64,000 bases of DNA, taken from the NCBI RefSeq assembly GCF_009914755.1, contig NC_060929.1. One strand, written 5' to 3'. This DNA comes from the human T2T-CHM13v2.0 reference genome, Homo sapiens. This document shows positions 51,750-64,000 of this stretch, in pieces (within the stretch, counting starts at the first letter, position 1; every line of letters begins with the position of its first letter). The position numbers were made by a program, and so were the translations under genes. The notes beneath the pieces are model-generated. The model was not told where the DNA came from and did no database searches. It saw only the letters and a program-made list of their open reading frames with translations.

Positions 51750-52488
51750 AATTAAAACCACCATTCGATACGACCTTACTCCTGCAAGAATGGCATTAAA
51801 AAGTCAAAAAACAATAGACGTTGGCATGAATGTGGTGAAAGGGAAACACACTGCTAGGGAGAATGTAAATTAGTACGAACTCTATGAAAAACCGTATACA
51901 GATTCCTTAAAGAACTAAAAGTAGACCTACCATTCGATCCAGCAACTTCACTGCTGGGTATCAACCCAAAGCAAAATAAGTCATTATATGAAAATTACAC
52001 ATGTACACTTATGTGTATTGCAGCCCAATTCACAATTGCAAAGATATGGAACCAACCTAAATACCAATCAACCAATAAGTAGATAAAGAAAATGTGTGTT
52101 ATATACAATATACACACACATACAATATACACACAATGGAACGTTACTCATCCATAAAAAGGAATGAAATAATATCTTTTAAAGCAGTTTGGATGGAGCT
52201 GGAGGCCATTGTTCTAAGTGAAATAGCTCAGAAATGGAAAACCATATAGCATATATTTTCACAAGTGGCAGCTAAGCTATGAATATGCAATGGTATACAG
52301 TGATACAATAGACTTTGGAGATTCAGAAGGAGAAGAGTGGGAAGTAGGGTGTGAAATAAAAAACTACATATTGGGAACAACATATACAACTCAAGTGACA
52401 TGTACACTAAAATCTTAGAATGTACCACTATGTAAGTCATCCATGTAACCAAAAACCACTTGTACCCCAAAAGCTATTGAAATAAAAT
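51750..52488 (+). mobile_element. L1PB-like 3' end
   Basis: accttactcctgcaagaatggc...gtaaccaaaaaccacttgtaccccaaaagctattgaaataaa. Confidence 0.85.
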
Positions 52489-53716
52489 TTTCTTTTAAAT
52501 GAATTGCCTGGCTGAGAGGAAAGGTCAAGAGCCCTCGGAAATAAGTTTCATTTTAAGGCACCATTGAGACATCCAAGTGTCCATGCAAAGTTGGTGGTTA
52601 CATAAATGGCCTTGGGGCTCAGAGGAGAGGTCGAGGCTGGAAACATTAAATTGTAGAGCAATTGGCAAATAGGTGAAGGCAAGTGCAAAGATAAGAGCAT
52701 CCAAGGGACTGGGATCATCCAAGAGTGAGGGGTCCACAATGTTGGTGGTGTTAGTTAATATACTGGAATTATGAAATCCTAAAACTCCAAAAACAAACAC
52801 AGATGGTGTGAAATGACTAAAACTCTCTCACAGAATGTCAAGATGAGAAAAATGCAAAGATCCAGATTCTCTAATCTTCCTCTAAAGACTTAACTCATCT
52901 GTCATCTGTTTATAAGAGATCTGATCTTTAAATATCAGATTTCCTCATATTTGAAATCTAATCTCTTAGTAAAGGAGATGAGGGTAGCCAGCCTAATTTC
53001 AGTTAATACGTTAACAGCACATGTAGGAACCTAATCCTTCAGTCTGAGTTACCCTGTCATACTGCATCCATCTTTTCTATTAATGCTACTTTAGATTCCT
53101 CAGATGTCTAGATCCAAGTTAACAACCATCCAAATGTCAAAGGTCATCTAATGACCTTACTCACAGGGATTCTAGATTGCAAATACTTAAAAATATCTTT
53201 AGTAAAATTGTCATTTGGGGGAAAAGGGCCAAGTAATAGATTATCATAATGTAAGAATGGTAAAAAGTCATACACTGAGTCTAAATGAGTGAATTTAATT
53301 TCTAGATTAATTTAGGAACTAACATAATTCATTTACATAATTAAACTTTATTTCACTTAGCTCCATTAACAAAATAGTTTGGACAATGTTCAATGTGATT
53401 ACTTCTTTGAAATCAATGCTTCTTACATTTCTATTGACCCTAAATCAATAGAAATGGAATGAAGTGGAATGCTGGGATATGGAAATAAGAAGGTCAGTAT
53501 AGACTGAAAACCTTTGTAGTTTCATAAACAACCTTTTAAAGCATTACATAATTTTAGTTCTCAAACTACACAAATTGTGGACAGGCTCAAACCTGCCTTG
53601 AAGGCTTTTATGCCTACTTAATTCTCTCTTTCTTACCTGGATTCTGGAAGTAAAATAAATAATAATTCTGGAGAGAGATTATTGTGGCTCTTGGTTAAAT
53701 TAAAACCGACAAAGCA

Positions 53717-53999
53717 GGCCAGGCATGGTGGCTCACACCTTTAATCCCAGCACTTTGGGAGGCCAAGGCATGCAGATCACTTGACCTCAAGAGTTCCAGA
53801 CCAGCCTGGGCAGCGTGGCGAAACCCCATCTCTACAAAAAATACAAAAATACTAGCTGAGCATGTGGTGCATGCTTATAGTCCCAGCTATTTGGAGGACT
53901 AGGGTGGTAGGATCCCTTAAGCCCAGGAGGTCAAGGCTGCAGTGAACTGAGATCATGCCACTGCACTCCAGCCTGGGTGACGAAGTGAGATCTTGTTTC

Positions 54000-54033
<34 letters not shown>
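53717..54033 (+). mobile_element. AluJ
   Basis: Alu dimer; TSD aaaac(c/t)ga(c/t)aaagca. Confidence 0.9.
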
Positions 54034-54035
<2 letters not shown>

Positions 54036-54489
54036 GATAAAGCAAAATATCTTTGGGGAACTTAGGAAAATTATCTCAAACAGACTTCAAGTTAGACTAC
54101 TCACACAATAAAATCCATTCTTAATTAATTTCTATGTTAGTGCAAAGGAAAACAGTGAAGAGTGTAATAAACTAAGCTGATAATTATGACAGATTTGGGG
54201 GCACCGTCACCAAAGTGCTGCACATCTCTACTAATGGTGGACAAGGTGCTACTGAGAACAATTCTACACCTTGTAGATAACGGGGTTTTTCCTAGCTAGA
54301 ATCCAGTAACTCCACCCATTTTAGAATGAATCATCTAAATCTGAAAATGGCCCATGAAGATGACTTCTGATCACCAGGCTCCTTGTCAATTCATCTGCAT
54401 TACCACTTTACAAGTTTCCTTTGAAAATGCTTAAGTCTACTAAAGCTACTGAAAAGATGGAGAATTTCTCATTTTCCCAGTTAGCTATG

Positions 54490-55193
54490 GAGTAGTCCCC
54501 ATTATCTGTGGCTTCACTTTCCACAACTGAAGTTACTCATGGTCTGCAGTCTGGAAATAAGTGGAAAAATCCAGAAATAAAAAATTCATACGTTTTAAAT
54601 TGCTTGCCATTCTAAGTAGCGAGATGAAATCTTCTGTCATTCCTCTTTGTCCCACCCAGGACTGAATCATCCCTTTGTCCAGCATTTCCACTCTGTAGAC
54701 ACTACACACCCTTGGTCACTTAGGAGCCATCTCTGTAATCAGATCAACTGTTGAGGTATTACAGTGCTTATATTCAAGTAACCCTTATTTTACATAATAA
54801 TGGCTCCAAAGAGCAAGATTAGTGATGCCGGCAATTCAGATATACCAAAGAAAAGTTGTAAAGTGCTTCCCTTAAGTAAAAAGGTGACAGCTCTCGATTT
54901 TATCAGGAACGAAAAAAATTGTATGCTGAGGTTGCTAAGATCTACAGTAAGAACAAATCTATGACGCTGTGAAGAAGGAAAAAGAAAATCGTGCTAGTTT
55001 TGCTGTTGCAATTCAAACTGCAGAAGTTACAGCCACAGTGAGTAATAAGTGCTTAGTTAACATGAAAAAGGCAGTAAGTTTGTGGAAGATGTGAACAGAA
55101 ATGTTTTCCAACTGATGGCAGTGCTATGCGTAGTTTCAGGCAAACACTGGGGGTCTCGGACCGTATCGTCCTGAGGATAAGGGGGAACTACTG
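54490..55193 (+). mobile_element. MER44 (Tigger7-derived) DNA transposon
   Basis: TIRs agtagtccccattatc / gataagggggaactactg; internal taaattgc.tgccattct.agtagc..gatgaaatc. Confidence 0.85.
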
Positions 55194-55629
55194 CACATCT
55201 CTTCAAACTCTATGTGAGTTTGAAACTCAGGCTTTCAGAGGCAGAGCAAGTAACAAAGGCATGACGTGAGCCTGATGCTGAAGAGGGCATGTCCTGCTGG
55301 AAAGTAGAAAGGCATTCAAATTCATGGTTTTGTTTTTTTTTTTTTTTTTTTAACAAGGTAAGTATTTTTCCCATTTACAGCTGAGGAAACAAAACATATA
55401 CAGGTATATTCCTCCTAGAGTAGCCACTTTGAAACTCCTATACCAAGGACATTCTTTAAAGTATTATTTATAAGAACAAATTCTAAAAAACCTAATTATC
55501 CAACAATGAAATCCCATGCAGTCATTTAAATCTTTTCTTCTAAGAGTTAATGGTAGAAACAATTTTTCCAATTATTATTACTGTTATATTTAGCAAACAT
55601 TCCTCAATATTTAAATGGTTTTAATAGGA

Positions 55630-56070
55630 AGGTTGGATAATTGTTCAAAGTTTAGATTTTGGGATAAATTTCGGATTCAAATCCCACTTATTACCTTTGA
55701 GACCCTAGACAGGTTATTAACCCCTTTGATCCTCAGTCTCCTCACCTGTAAAATGGGTAAAATGATACACTTAAGATATGAGAATTAAAATAAGATCTAC
55801 AAAAAGCAATTTGCATAGTTCCTGGAATACAGCACTCAACAAATAGTAAACTTTTGAAATAATAAATCCTAAACTGGGCACAATGGCACAGGCCTATAAT
55901 CCCAGCTACAGACTGAGGGAGGAGGATCGCTTAAGCCCAGAAGTTTGAGATTGAAGGACGCCATGATAGCACTTGTGAATAGCCATTGCACTCCAGCTTG
56001 GGCAAAGAGTTTTTTTAAGACCCTGCCTTTAAAAAACAACAACAACCAAAAAAAAAAAAAAACAAAAACC
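55630..56070 (+). mobile_element. MIR (~55630-55860) plus degenerate Alu monomer (~55872-56070)
   Basis: cctcagtctcctcacctgtaaaatggg; gaggatcgcttaagcccag...gcactccagc. Confidence 0.7.
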
Positions 56071-56431
56071 CTAACAAATCTTTCAGCTAATTGTGGATGT
56101 ATTCTGCAATTGACTCATTCTCGTATCATCAAAGACAAAGGGTCAGAATCACTTAAATTCTATTCAGACACATTCTGGAAGATCCATGCCGAGATTGCTT
56201 GGTTTGTTTTACACAGTTGAGGTGATTTATAATCCCTGCACTTAATTTGAGAAGTCCAAACTCTCTCCTTTATGCTGTATGACATAGTATCTTAGAGTCA
56301 ACTAAATGTTTGCCCAAAAATCCAAGCCGATTCAAAGCTTAAGAAACAACTTTGGCCTTACCTATAAATATCACGAGGGCTACCTCAGATGACAGTTTTC
56401 ATTTCAGTTGATCCACTTAATTTTCCGAGTA

Positions 56432-56738
<307 letters not shown>

Positions 56739-57360
56739 CTAAAGTGTATGTTCCTATACCTCCTATTCTGGCTCCCCCTTCACACATGCGCAGAGCAACA
56801 TTTCTGGTTTATAAAGCCCAGCTTCACCTGGATGGAGCTTGTTAGAAATGCAGACTCTCGAGCCTGCCTCAGGCCAACTGAATCATATTTACATTTTTAA
56901 CAAGAACCCCAGATGATCTCTATGCATGTTAATGTTTGAAAAGCACTGCTCTGTAGTACATGCTGCTTTTTAACTAACAAGACTATCAGCAGTTTCTAGG
57001 AGCCACTAGAGAAATCTGTCATGAGCTAAGTTTACTTTAGATACTAATACTTGACACAGATTCTATAAATCCTTTTCTTTTGCATTTTATGAGCTCTTGT
57101 TCATTGTTATGTATTATTAAAAACACACCTGGATCATAGTATCTTGATCTCTCAGAAAACAGGATTTAATTTTTACTTGATGGATTAAATTTTACCTCAA
57201 ATTAATTATTCCTATCACTCCATTTTGGTTTTGGTCATGAAAAACTAATAATAGCCGTTGAATATAAAGATGATTTCCCTAGCCCAACTTTCTATTCAAA
57301 TATATAATCATTTGTAAAAAGCTATCTTATGGGGGTTACATCTCATTTTCAGAAATGCTA

Positions 57361-57485
57361 TTTATTTTTGAAACAGGGTCTTTCTATGTTGCCTAGGCTG
57401 GTCTCAAATTCCTGGGCTCAAGGAATCCTCCCACCTTAGCCTCCTGAGTAGCAAGGATTACAGGCAGGTACTACTGCACCCAGCT
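57361..57485 (-). mobile_element. FLAM monomer
   Basis: TSD CAGAAATGCTATTT. Confidence 0.85.
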
Positions 57486-58053
57486 CCAGAAATGCTATTT
57501 GAAAACAGAATATTTATGTGAAGCCACTGTATAGTGACTACCTAGTATCCACAACACAATGCTTTGTGCACATTATCTAATTTACCTAAAGTATATAGCA
57601 CTAGAACTATTTTACAGTTAAGATGGAGCTCAGAGGTTAATAACATGTGTAAGGTCCCACAACTATTAAGAAACAAAGCTCAGATATAAATTCAAAACAC
57701 TTAGGTATGAATTCATGTCCGACATTCAAACATATCATTTGAATGTTTTCAAGCTGATGGCAGTGCTATTCACAGTTTCAAGCATCCACTGGTGTCTTGG
57801 ATGCCTAATTACCAGTGTAGTAACCACTACTGCTGTTATATTTCCACAATGTGTTCCATGGACTGTTCTGTTAGATTTAAAGCCAAATGGGCACTAAATG
57901 CTGTAAGAATTCCTGCAGTCAAAACTAAAAGAAATATCTAATTTGCCTAGCTGAATATCATCCCAAACTTGTTTGCTCATGGAATCCTCTCCCTTTCTTA
58001 AAACCTGTATACTACTGAGATCAACCTTTTAGACATATACTGCAATGTACTAA

Positions 58054-58416
<363 letters not shown>

Positions 58417-58667
58417 TAAGGCACTTAAGGTGTACTCCAAAAAGGAATTTAAATACTTGCATGTAAAAGCTACAGGCAGAATTGGTAACACAAGAAATTT
58501 TACTAGGAAAATAATTTCTGGACTACAAATACTTCCACATAGTACAGATATGCTTTGCTTAAGAAATGCAAGGACAATCTAGGGTATAAATAATCCAAAT
58601 AACAAAGTGTTATGCAGCACCTTGAAACTCTCAAATTTTATCCAATATTAAATCCCCTGACCAAATA

Positions 58668-59079
58668 TGTTAACCTAAAATAATCAAAAGGGTGAAAATC
58701 TAATTTAAAGGTTTATTCAAGCAAAATGTACGAGGATGACTCATCTGGAACCACCAACTCCAAAGGAATGGAGTCAGCGATCTACAGTAGAGAAGTTAAG
58801 GTTCATTTATGTAGGCAGAGACAGAGGAGTTTTTAGCAGGATTATCACATTATTTATACAAGTTTGCTGCATAGTTACAGGAATATTTATACAAGGTTGG
58901 TGCACAGTTACAGGAATATTTGGTTACAGGCAGTGTTTCTTTTTGGGAAGGGTACACTTAGCATTTTTTACAGAGGGTGTAATAGTCATGAGATTTCTGT
59001 CATCTGGTCTGAACAAAGGACAATAAAGGGGATCTATAACAGTCATTAAAAAGGCAGGAAGTTTTTGTCCCTGACATCA
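58668..59079 (-). mobile_element. MER4-group ERV1 LTR, apparently truncated at its right end
   Basis: tgttaacctaaaataatcaaaagg...tttattcaagc terminus; internal ~33-bp tandem repeat at 58851-58920; ends abruptly at the LTR17 fragment. Confidence 0.6.
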
Positions 59080-59325
59080 TCACACCCGACCAATCAGAGA
59101 GCTCACTAAAATGCTAATTAGGCAAAAACAGGAGGTAAAGAAATAGCCATCATCTATCACCTGAGAGCACAGCAGGAGGGACAATGATCGGGATATAAAC
59201 CCAGGCATTCGAGCCAGCAATGGCTACCCTCTTTGGGTCCCATCCCTTTGTATGGGATCTCTGTCTTCACTCTATTAAATCTTGCAACTGCAAATAAAAT
59301 AAAATAAAATAAAATAAAATAAAGT
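59080..59325 (+). mobile_element. HERV-W (LTR17) U3-R retrocopy with A-rich tail
   Basis: Matches 37540-37762 of the solo LTR17; ATTAAA at 59274; ends at caactgca, then (TAAAA)n. Confidence 0.9.
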
Positions 59326-60812
59326 AAAATTCATATGGAACCAAAAAGAGCCCAAATAGCCAAAGGAATCCTAGGCAAAAATAACAAAGCCAGAGGCATC
59401 ATTTTACCTGACCTCTTACTATACTATAAATCTTCAGTAACCAAAACAGCATGGTACTGGTACAAAACTAGACACATAGGCCAATGGAACAGAATAGAGA
59501 AGCCAGAAATAAAGCCACACACCTACAGCCATCTGATCTTTGACAGAGTTTACAGAAATGATCAATGAGGAAAGGACTCCCTATTCAATAATTGGTGCTG
59601 GTATAACTAGCTATATGCAAAGAATGAAACCATTCCCCTTTTACCATATACAAAAATTAATGCAAGATGGATTAAAGATTTAAATGTAAGACCTCAAACA
59701 GTAAGAACTATAGAAGAAAACCTAGGAAACACCACTCTGGATACTGGCCTTGGGAAAAAAATTATGACTGTATTCTCCAAAGCAATTGCAACAAAAACAA
59801 AAGTGAAAAATGGGACCTAATAAAGAGCTTCTGCACAGCAAGAGAAACTATCAACAGAGTCAACAGAAAACCTACATGTTGGAAGAAAATATCTGCAAAC
59901 TATGCATCTGATAGAGTTCTAATATCCAGAATCTATAAGAAATGTAATTGAACGAGCAAAAAACAAATAACCTCATTAAAAACATGGGCAAAAGACATGA
60001 ACAGATACTTCTCAAAAGAAGACATACAAGCAACCAATAAACATATGAAAAAAGACTCAACATCACTATTCATCAGAGAAATGCAAATCAGAAACCACGA
60101 TGTGATACCATTTCAAAGCAGTCAGAATGGCTATTAAAAAGTCCAAAAATAACAGATGCTGGCTAGGCTGCGGAGAAAAGGAAACGTTTAAACACTGTTG
60201 GTAGGAATGTAAATTAGTTCAGCCACTGAAGAAAATAGTTTGGAGATTTCTCAAAGAACTTAGCTACATTTGACTCAGTAATCTCATTACTGGATATATG
60301 GTCAAAAGAAAATAAATGATTCTATTAAAAAGTCACATGCACACACATGTTGACCACAGCACTATTCACAACAGCAAAGACATGGAATCAACATAGATGC
60401 CAATCGACAGTGGATTGGATGAAGAAAATATGGTACATATACACCATGGAATACTATGCAACCATAGAAAAGAACAAAATCATTCCCTTTGCAGCAACAT
60501 GGATGCAGCTGGAAGCCATTATCATAAGTGAAATAACACAAGAACAGAAAACTACTGCACGTTCTCACAAGTGGGAACTAATATTGGGTACTCATGGACA
60601 TAGAGATAGCAACAACAGACACTGGGGACTAACAAAGAAGAGAGGGTGGGAGGGACAAGGGATGAAAATCTGTTGGGTACTGTGCTGTCTGGGTGACGAG
60701 ATCATTCATATCACAGACCTCAGCATCACACAACATACTCATGTAACAAACCTTTACATCTACCTCCAAATTGCAAATAAAAGTTGAAGTTACAAAAATA
60801 AATAAAAAGAAA
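59326..60812 (+). mobile_element. L1PA16/17-like ORF2 3' part and 3'UTR
   Basis: KTAWYWYK and MEYYATIEKN frames; 3'UTR cctcagcatcacacaa...aaataaaagttgaa. Confidence 0.85.
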
Positions 60813-61319
60813 TAAGCCAACTACTGACTTCAGATAGGTTAAAAAAAGGAATCTAGGGAAAAAGAAGAATTTTATTCTGAAGGATTTTTAAGTTATCCGT
60901 AGGTATTCAGACTATAGTCTATAATTCACATATGGCATATTTCAACTTATTTGTATTTTGACAATATTGTACAATCTTTCAGGTCAGAGTCTAGCCAGAA
61001 CTTTAAGGATATTCTTTTCTTTAACTGTAACAATTATTCTTCTCTATTGCGAAGAGAAGACCGCAGATAAGAGGTATAAACTCAAGAGAAGCCGCATCTC
61101 CATTAGTCTCACAGATTATCTCAGCATGGAATGGCCAACTGGGAACAGAAATACCAGAAAGCTGAAACAAAAAGCTGCAATAGCTTTCCAAGTCTTCAAA
61201 AGTTCCTTTTGAGTTGTTCTAACATCTTGCAACATTATAAATACCCTTATTTAAGCAGTCAGCACAATGTCCATTTTCCAATTTATAACACCCCCTCAGC
61301 CACCACCACATATATTCTT

Positions 61320-61730
61320 CCCCTTCTCTCCCCCAGGAAGATAAATCCTGCTGTCTGCATCCCTAGAGAGCCCTTTTTGGCTGGCTTCCAGTTGGGTTTG
61401 GCCAATAAACAGCACCAGTAGAACAGGTGGAGGATGGCATCACATCTCTGGCAATAGCTGCCTTTCATGGAGACCTCAGCTCCTGCCAGGAAATCTTTCC
61501 TTAATCTTCTAACTCTGAGATCCAAGAAACACAATATTTTCCTCTTGTCCTTCTTCCCACATTACTGCTACAGAGGCAATAATGGCTCCAGGATGTTGCT
61601 AGTCTTAAGTGTCTCACCAGTGCTTGCTGCTTCTTTACCGCTGCCCATATTGTTAGGCAATTCTTTCATGAACTTTTCCTTTGAATCATATCTGGTGAAT
61701 TCTATTTCCTGCCAGAACCCTGAACAATTC
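61320..61730 (+). mobile_element. LTR33-like ERVL LTR; L2 3' end at ~61800-61950
   Basis: ggcttccagttgggtttggccaat...tttcctgccagaaccctga; tgaaatgaatgaa. Confidence 0.6.
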
Positions 61731-62511
61731 ACCAGCCTAAAATCTTTTTCACACATATTATGCACGGCAATTCCCCCCTCCAGCAGTCTGTAGCCCCTTT
61801 CCTGTTTTTATCATCTCTCCTTGCTAGAAGGTAAACTCCATGAAAACAGGAACCTAGCAGGGCTGTCTTCTTCACTTTGTGCCCACTACACAGCACTATA
61901 CTTTATAAACAGCAGCAGTTAAAAACTTTTTGTGAAATGAATGAAATAGTTCCAAATTAAACTTAACAAAACGAAATATCTTCAAGTTTATTTTTAAAGC
62001 AAAAGAGTCTCAAGAAAAACTCTAATTTTAGGATATTCCCATAAACAAGCAGATAAAACTCCTTTAAAATGAATGCAAATCTCTCTGGTAGAACATAATT
62101 TCTTTCTTAAGAGTATTCTTGCCTGTAATACTGTAGCAATACAATTGATTATATTTCCCTGAGACACACTTCCAGGGCCTAATCAGATTATGGGCTGTGG
62201 CAAAAGATTTAACAGGCCCAGATTGTGTTCAGTCCCCAAAAGGAGATAGCTCTGACTCATATGATTTTCAAGAGAGCAACTGTGCACATGACAACTAAGT
62301 TATTATCAAGGGTCATAGGAATAGCCTTGAAAGAAAAAACGTTAAGACCCATCAAGCATTAGTAAAGATTCACTGTGATCCACAACCCACCACAACTACC
62401 AGAATCACAGATCAAAGAGTATGAATGTGAACAAAGGACCGCTCATCTGGTCAAAACCTGATCTATTATGTATCAGAAAAGAAATATTAAACAATTTAAT
62501 AGAATAAACCA

Positions 62512-64000
62512 GAGAGGTTCCAAGATGGCCGAATAGGAACTGCTCCAGTCTGCAGCTCCCAGCGTGAGTGACGAAGAAGACGGGTGATTTCTGCATTTCC
62601 AACTGAGGTACCAGGTTCATTTCACAGGGGCTTGTCAGACAGTGCATGCATCCCACAGAGCAGGGCAGGGCATCGCCTCACCCAGAAAGTGCAAGGGGTT
62701 GGGGAATTCCCTTTTCTAGCAAAGGGAAGCAGTGACAGACCTTACCTGGAAAAACGGGACACACCCACCCTAATGCTTTTCCAATGGCCTTAGCAAATGG
62801 CACACCAGGAGATTATATCCCGTGCATGGCTCAGAGGGTCCCACACCCACGGAGCCTTGCTCACTGCTAGCACAGCAGTCTGAGTTTGAACCGTGATGTG
62901 GCAGTGAGGCTGGGGGATGGGCTTCCACCATTGCTGAGGCTTGAGTAGGTAAACAAAGTGGCCAGGAAGCTCAAACTGGGTGGAGCCCACCACAGCTCAA
63001 GGAGGCCTGCCTGCCCCTGTAGACTCCACCTATGGGGGCAGGGCATAGCTGAACAAAAGGCAGCAGAAACTTCTTAAACGTCCCTGTCTGACAGCTTTGA
63101 AGAGAGTAGTGGTTCTCCCAGCATGGAGTTTGAGATATGAGAATGGACAGACTGCCTCCTCAAGTGGGTCCCTGACCCCTGAGTAGCCTAACTGGGAGAA
63201 ACTTCCCAGTAGGGGACGACTGACACTGCATATGGCAGGGTGCCCCTCTGAGACAAAGCTTCCAGAGGAAGGATCAGACAGCAACATTTACCGTTCTGCA
63301 GCCTCGGCTGGTGATACCCAGGAAAACAGGGTCTGGAGTGGACCGCCAGAAAACTCCAACAGACCTGCAGCTGAGGGTCCTGACTGTTAGAAGGACAACT
63401 AACAAACAGAAAGTGGATCCACACCAAAAACCCATCTGTACGTCACCATCATCAAAGACCAAAGGTAGATAAAACCACAAAGATGGGGAGAAACCAGAGC
63501 AGAAAAGCTGAAAATTCTAAAAATCAGAGCGCCTCTTCTCCTCCAAAGGAACACAGATCCTCGCCAGCAATGGAACAAAGCTGGACAGACAATGACTTTG
63601 ATGAGTTCAAAGAAGAAGGCTTCAGACGATCGGAAATAACAAACTGCTCCAAGCTAAAGGAGGATGTTCGAACCCATCGCAAAGAAGCTAAAAACCTTGA
63701 AAAAAGAGTAGACGAATGGCTAACTAGAATAAACAGTGTAGAGAAGTCTTTAAATGACCTGATGGAGCTGAAAACCATGGCACAAGAACTACGTGACACA
63801 TGCACAAGCTTCAGTAGCCAATTCAATCAAGTGGAAGAAAGGGTATCAGTGACTGAAGAGCAAATGAATGAAATGAAGCAAGAAGAGAAGTTTAGAGAAA
63901 AAAGTAAAAAGAAATGAATAAAGCCTCCAAGAAATATGGGACTATGTGAAAAGACCAAATCTACATCTGATTGGTGTAACTGAAAGAGATGGGGAGAATG
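62512..64000 (+). mobile_element. 5' end of a primate L1 (L1PA5/6-like): 5'UTR promoter plus frameshifted ORF1, running off the window
   Basis: ggttccaagatggccgaatagg start with YY1 site; ORF 63483 MGRNQSRKAENSKNQSASSPPKE is ORF1p, broken near 63900. Confidence 0.95.
62770..62931 (-). pseudogene. L1 ORF0 homologue, truncated to 53 codons
   Basis: Hand translation MVEAHPPASLPHHGSNSDCCASSEQGSVGVGPSEPCTGYNLLVCHLLRPLEKH* resembles ORF0 (MAGAPPPASLPP...SDCCAS...SVGVGPSEP). Confidence 0.7.

Noticed and set aside
55325-55365. polyT-AAG|GTAAGT resembling a recursive splice site (+)
   Set aside because: GTAAGT falls in a MIR-derived segment, the acceptor is a weak AAG, and no plus-strand gene is evident.

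Overview
Repeat-dense primate DNA, probably hominoid or human (an L1PA3-like insertion, AluJ/S, HERV-W LTR17). It looks intergenic or deep intronic. I found no recognisable host protein-coding gene, RNA gene or CpG island; nearly all listed ORFs are L1, ERV or Alu remnants or chance frames. The centrepiece is a nested stack. An old ERVL/LTR16 element (~17148-33737, +) carries a 12.7-kb class I ERV of the MER61/HUERS-P3 group (17730-30468, -; gag-pro-pol-env all decayed), which in turn carries an L1PA7-like element and two Alus. This provirus has only one LTR: its other end stops exactly at a tRNA-Gly primer-binding site, and the whole unit is flanked by a clean 4-bp TSD (CTAC). Other notable items: a twin-primed 5'-inverted L1 with a microhomology deletion; a polyadenylated HERV-W LTR retrocopy with no TSD joining two truncated elements; three candidate minus-strand exons downstream of an L1 antisense promoter with a strengthened splice donor; a ~90-bp tandem duplication; several perfect small hairpins; and a CTCF-like motif. 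Subfamily names come from recalled consensus sequences and need RepeatMasker/Dfam confirmation.
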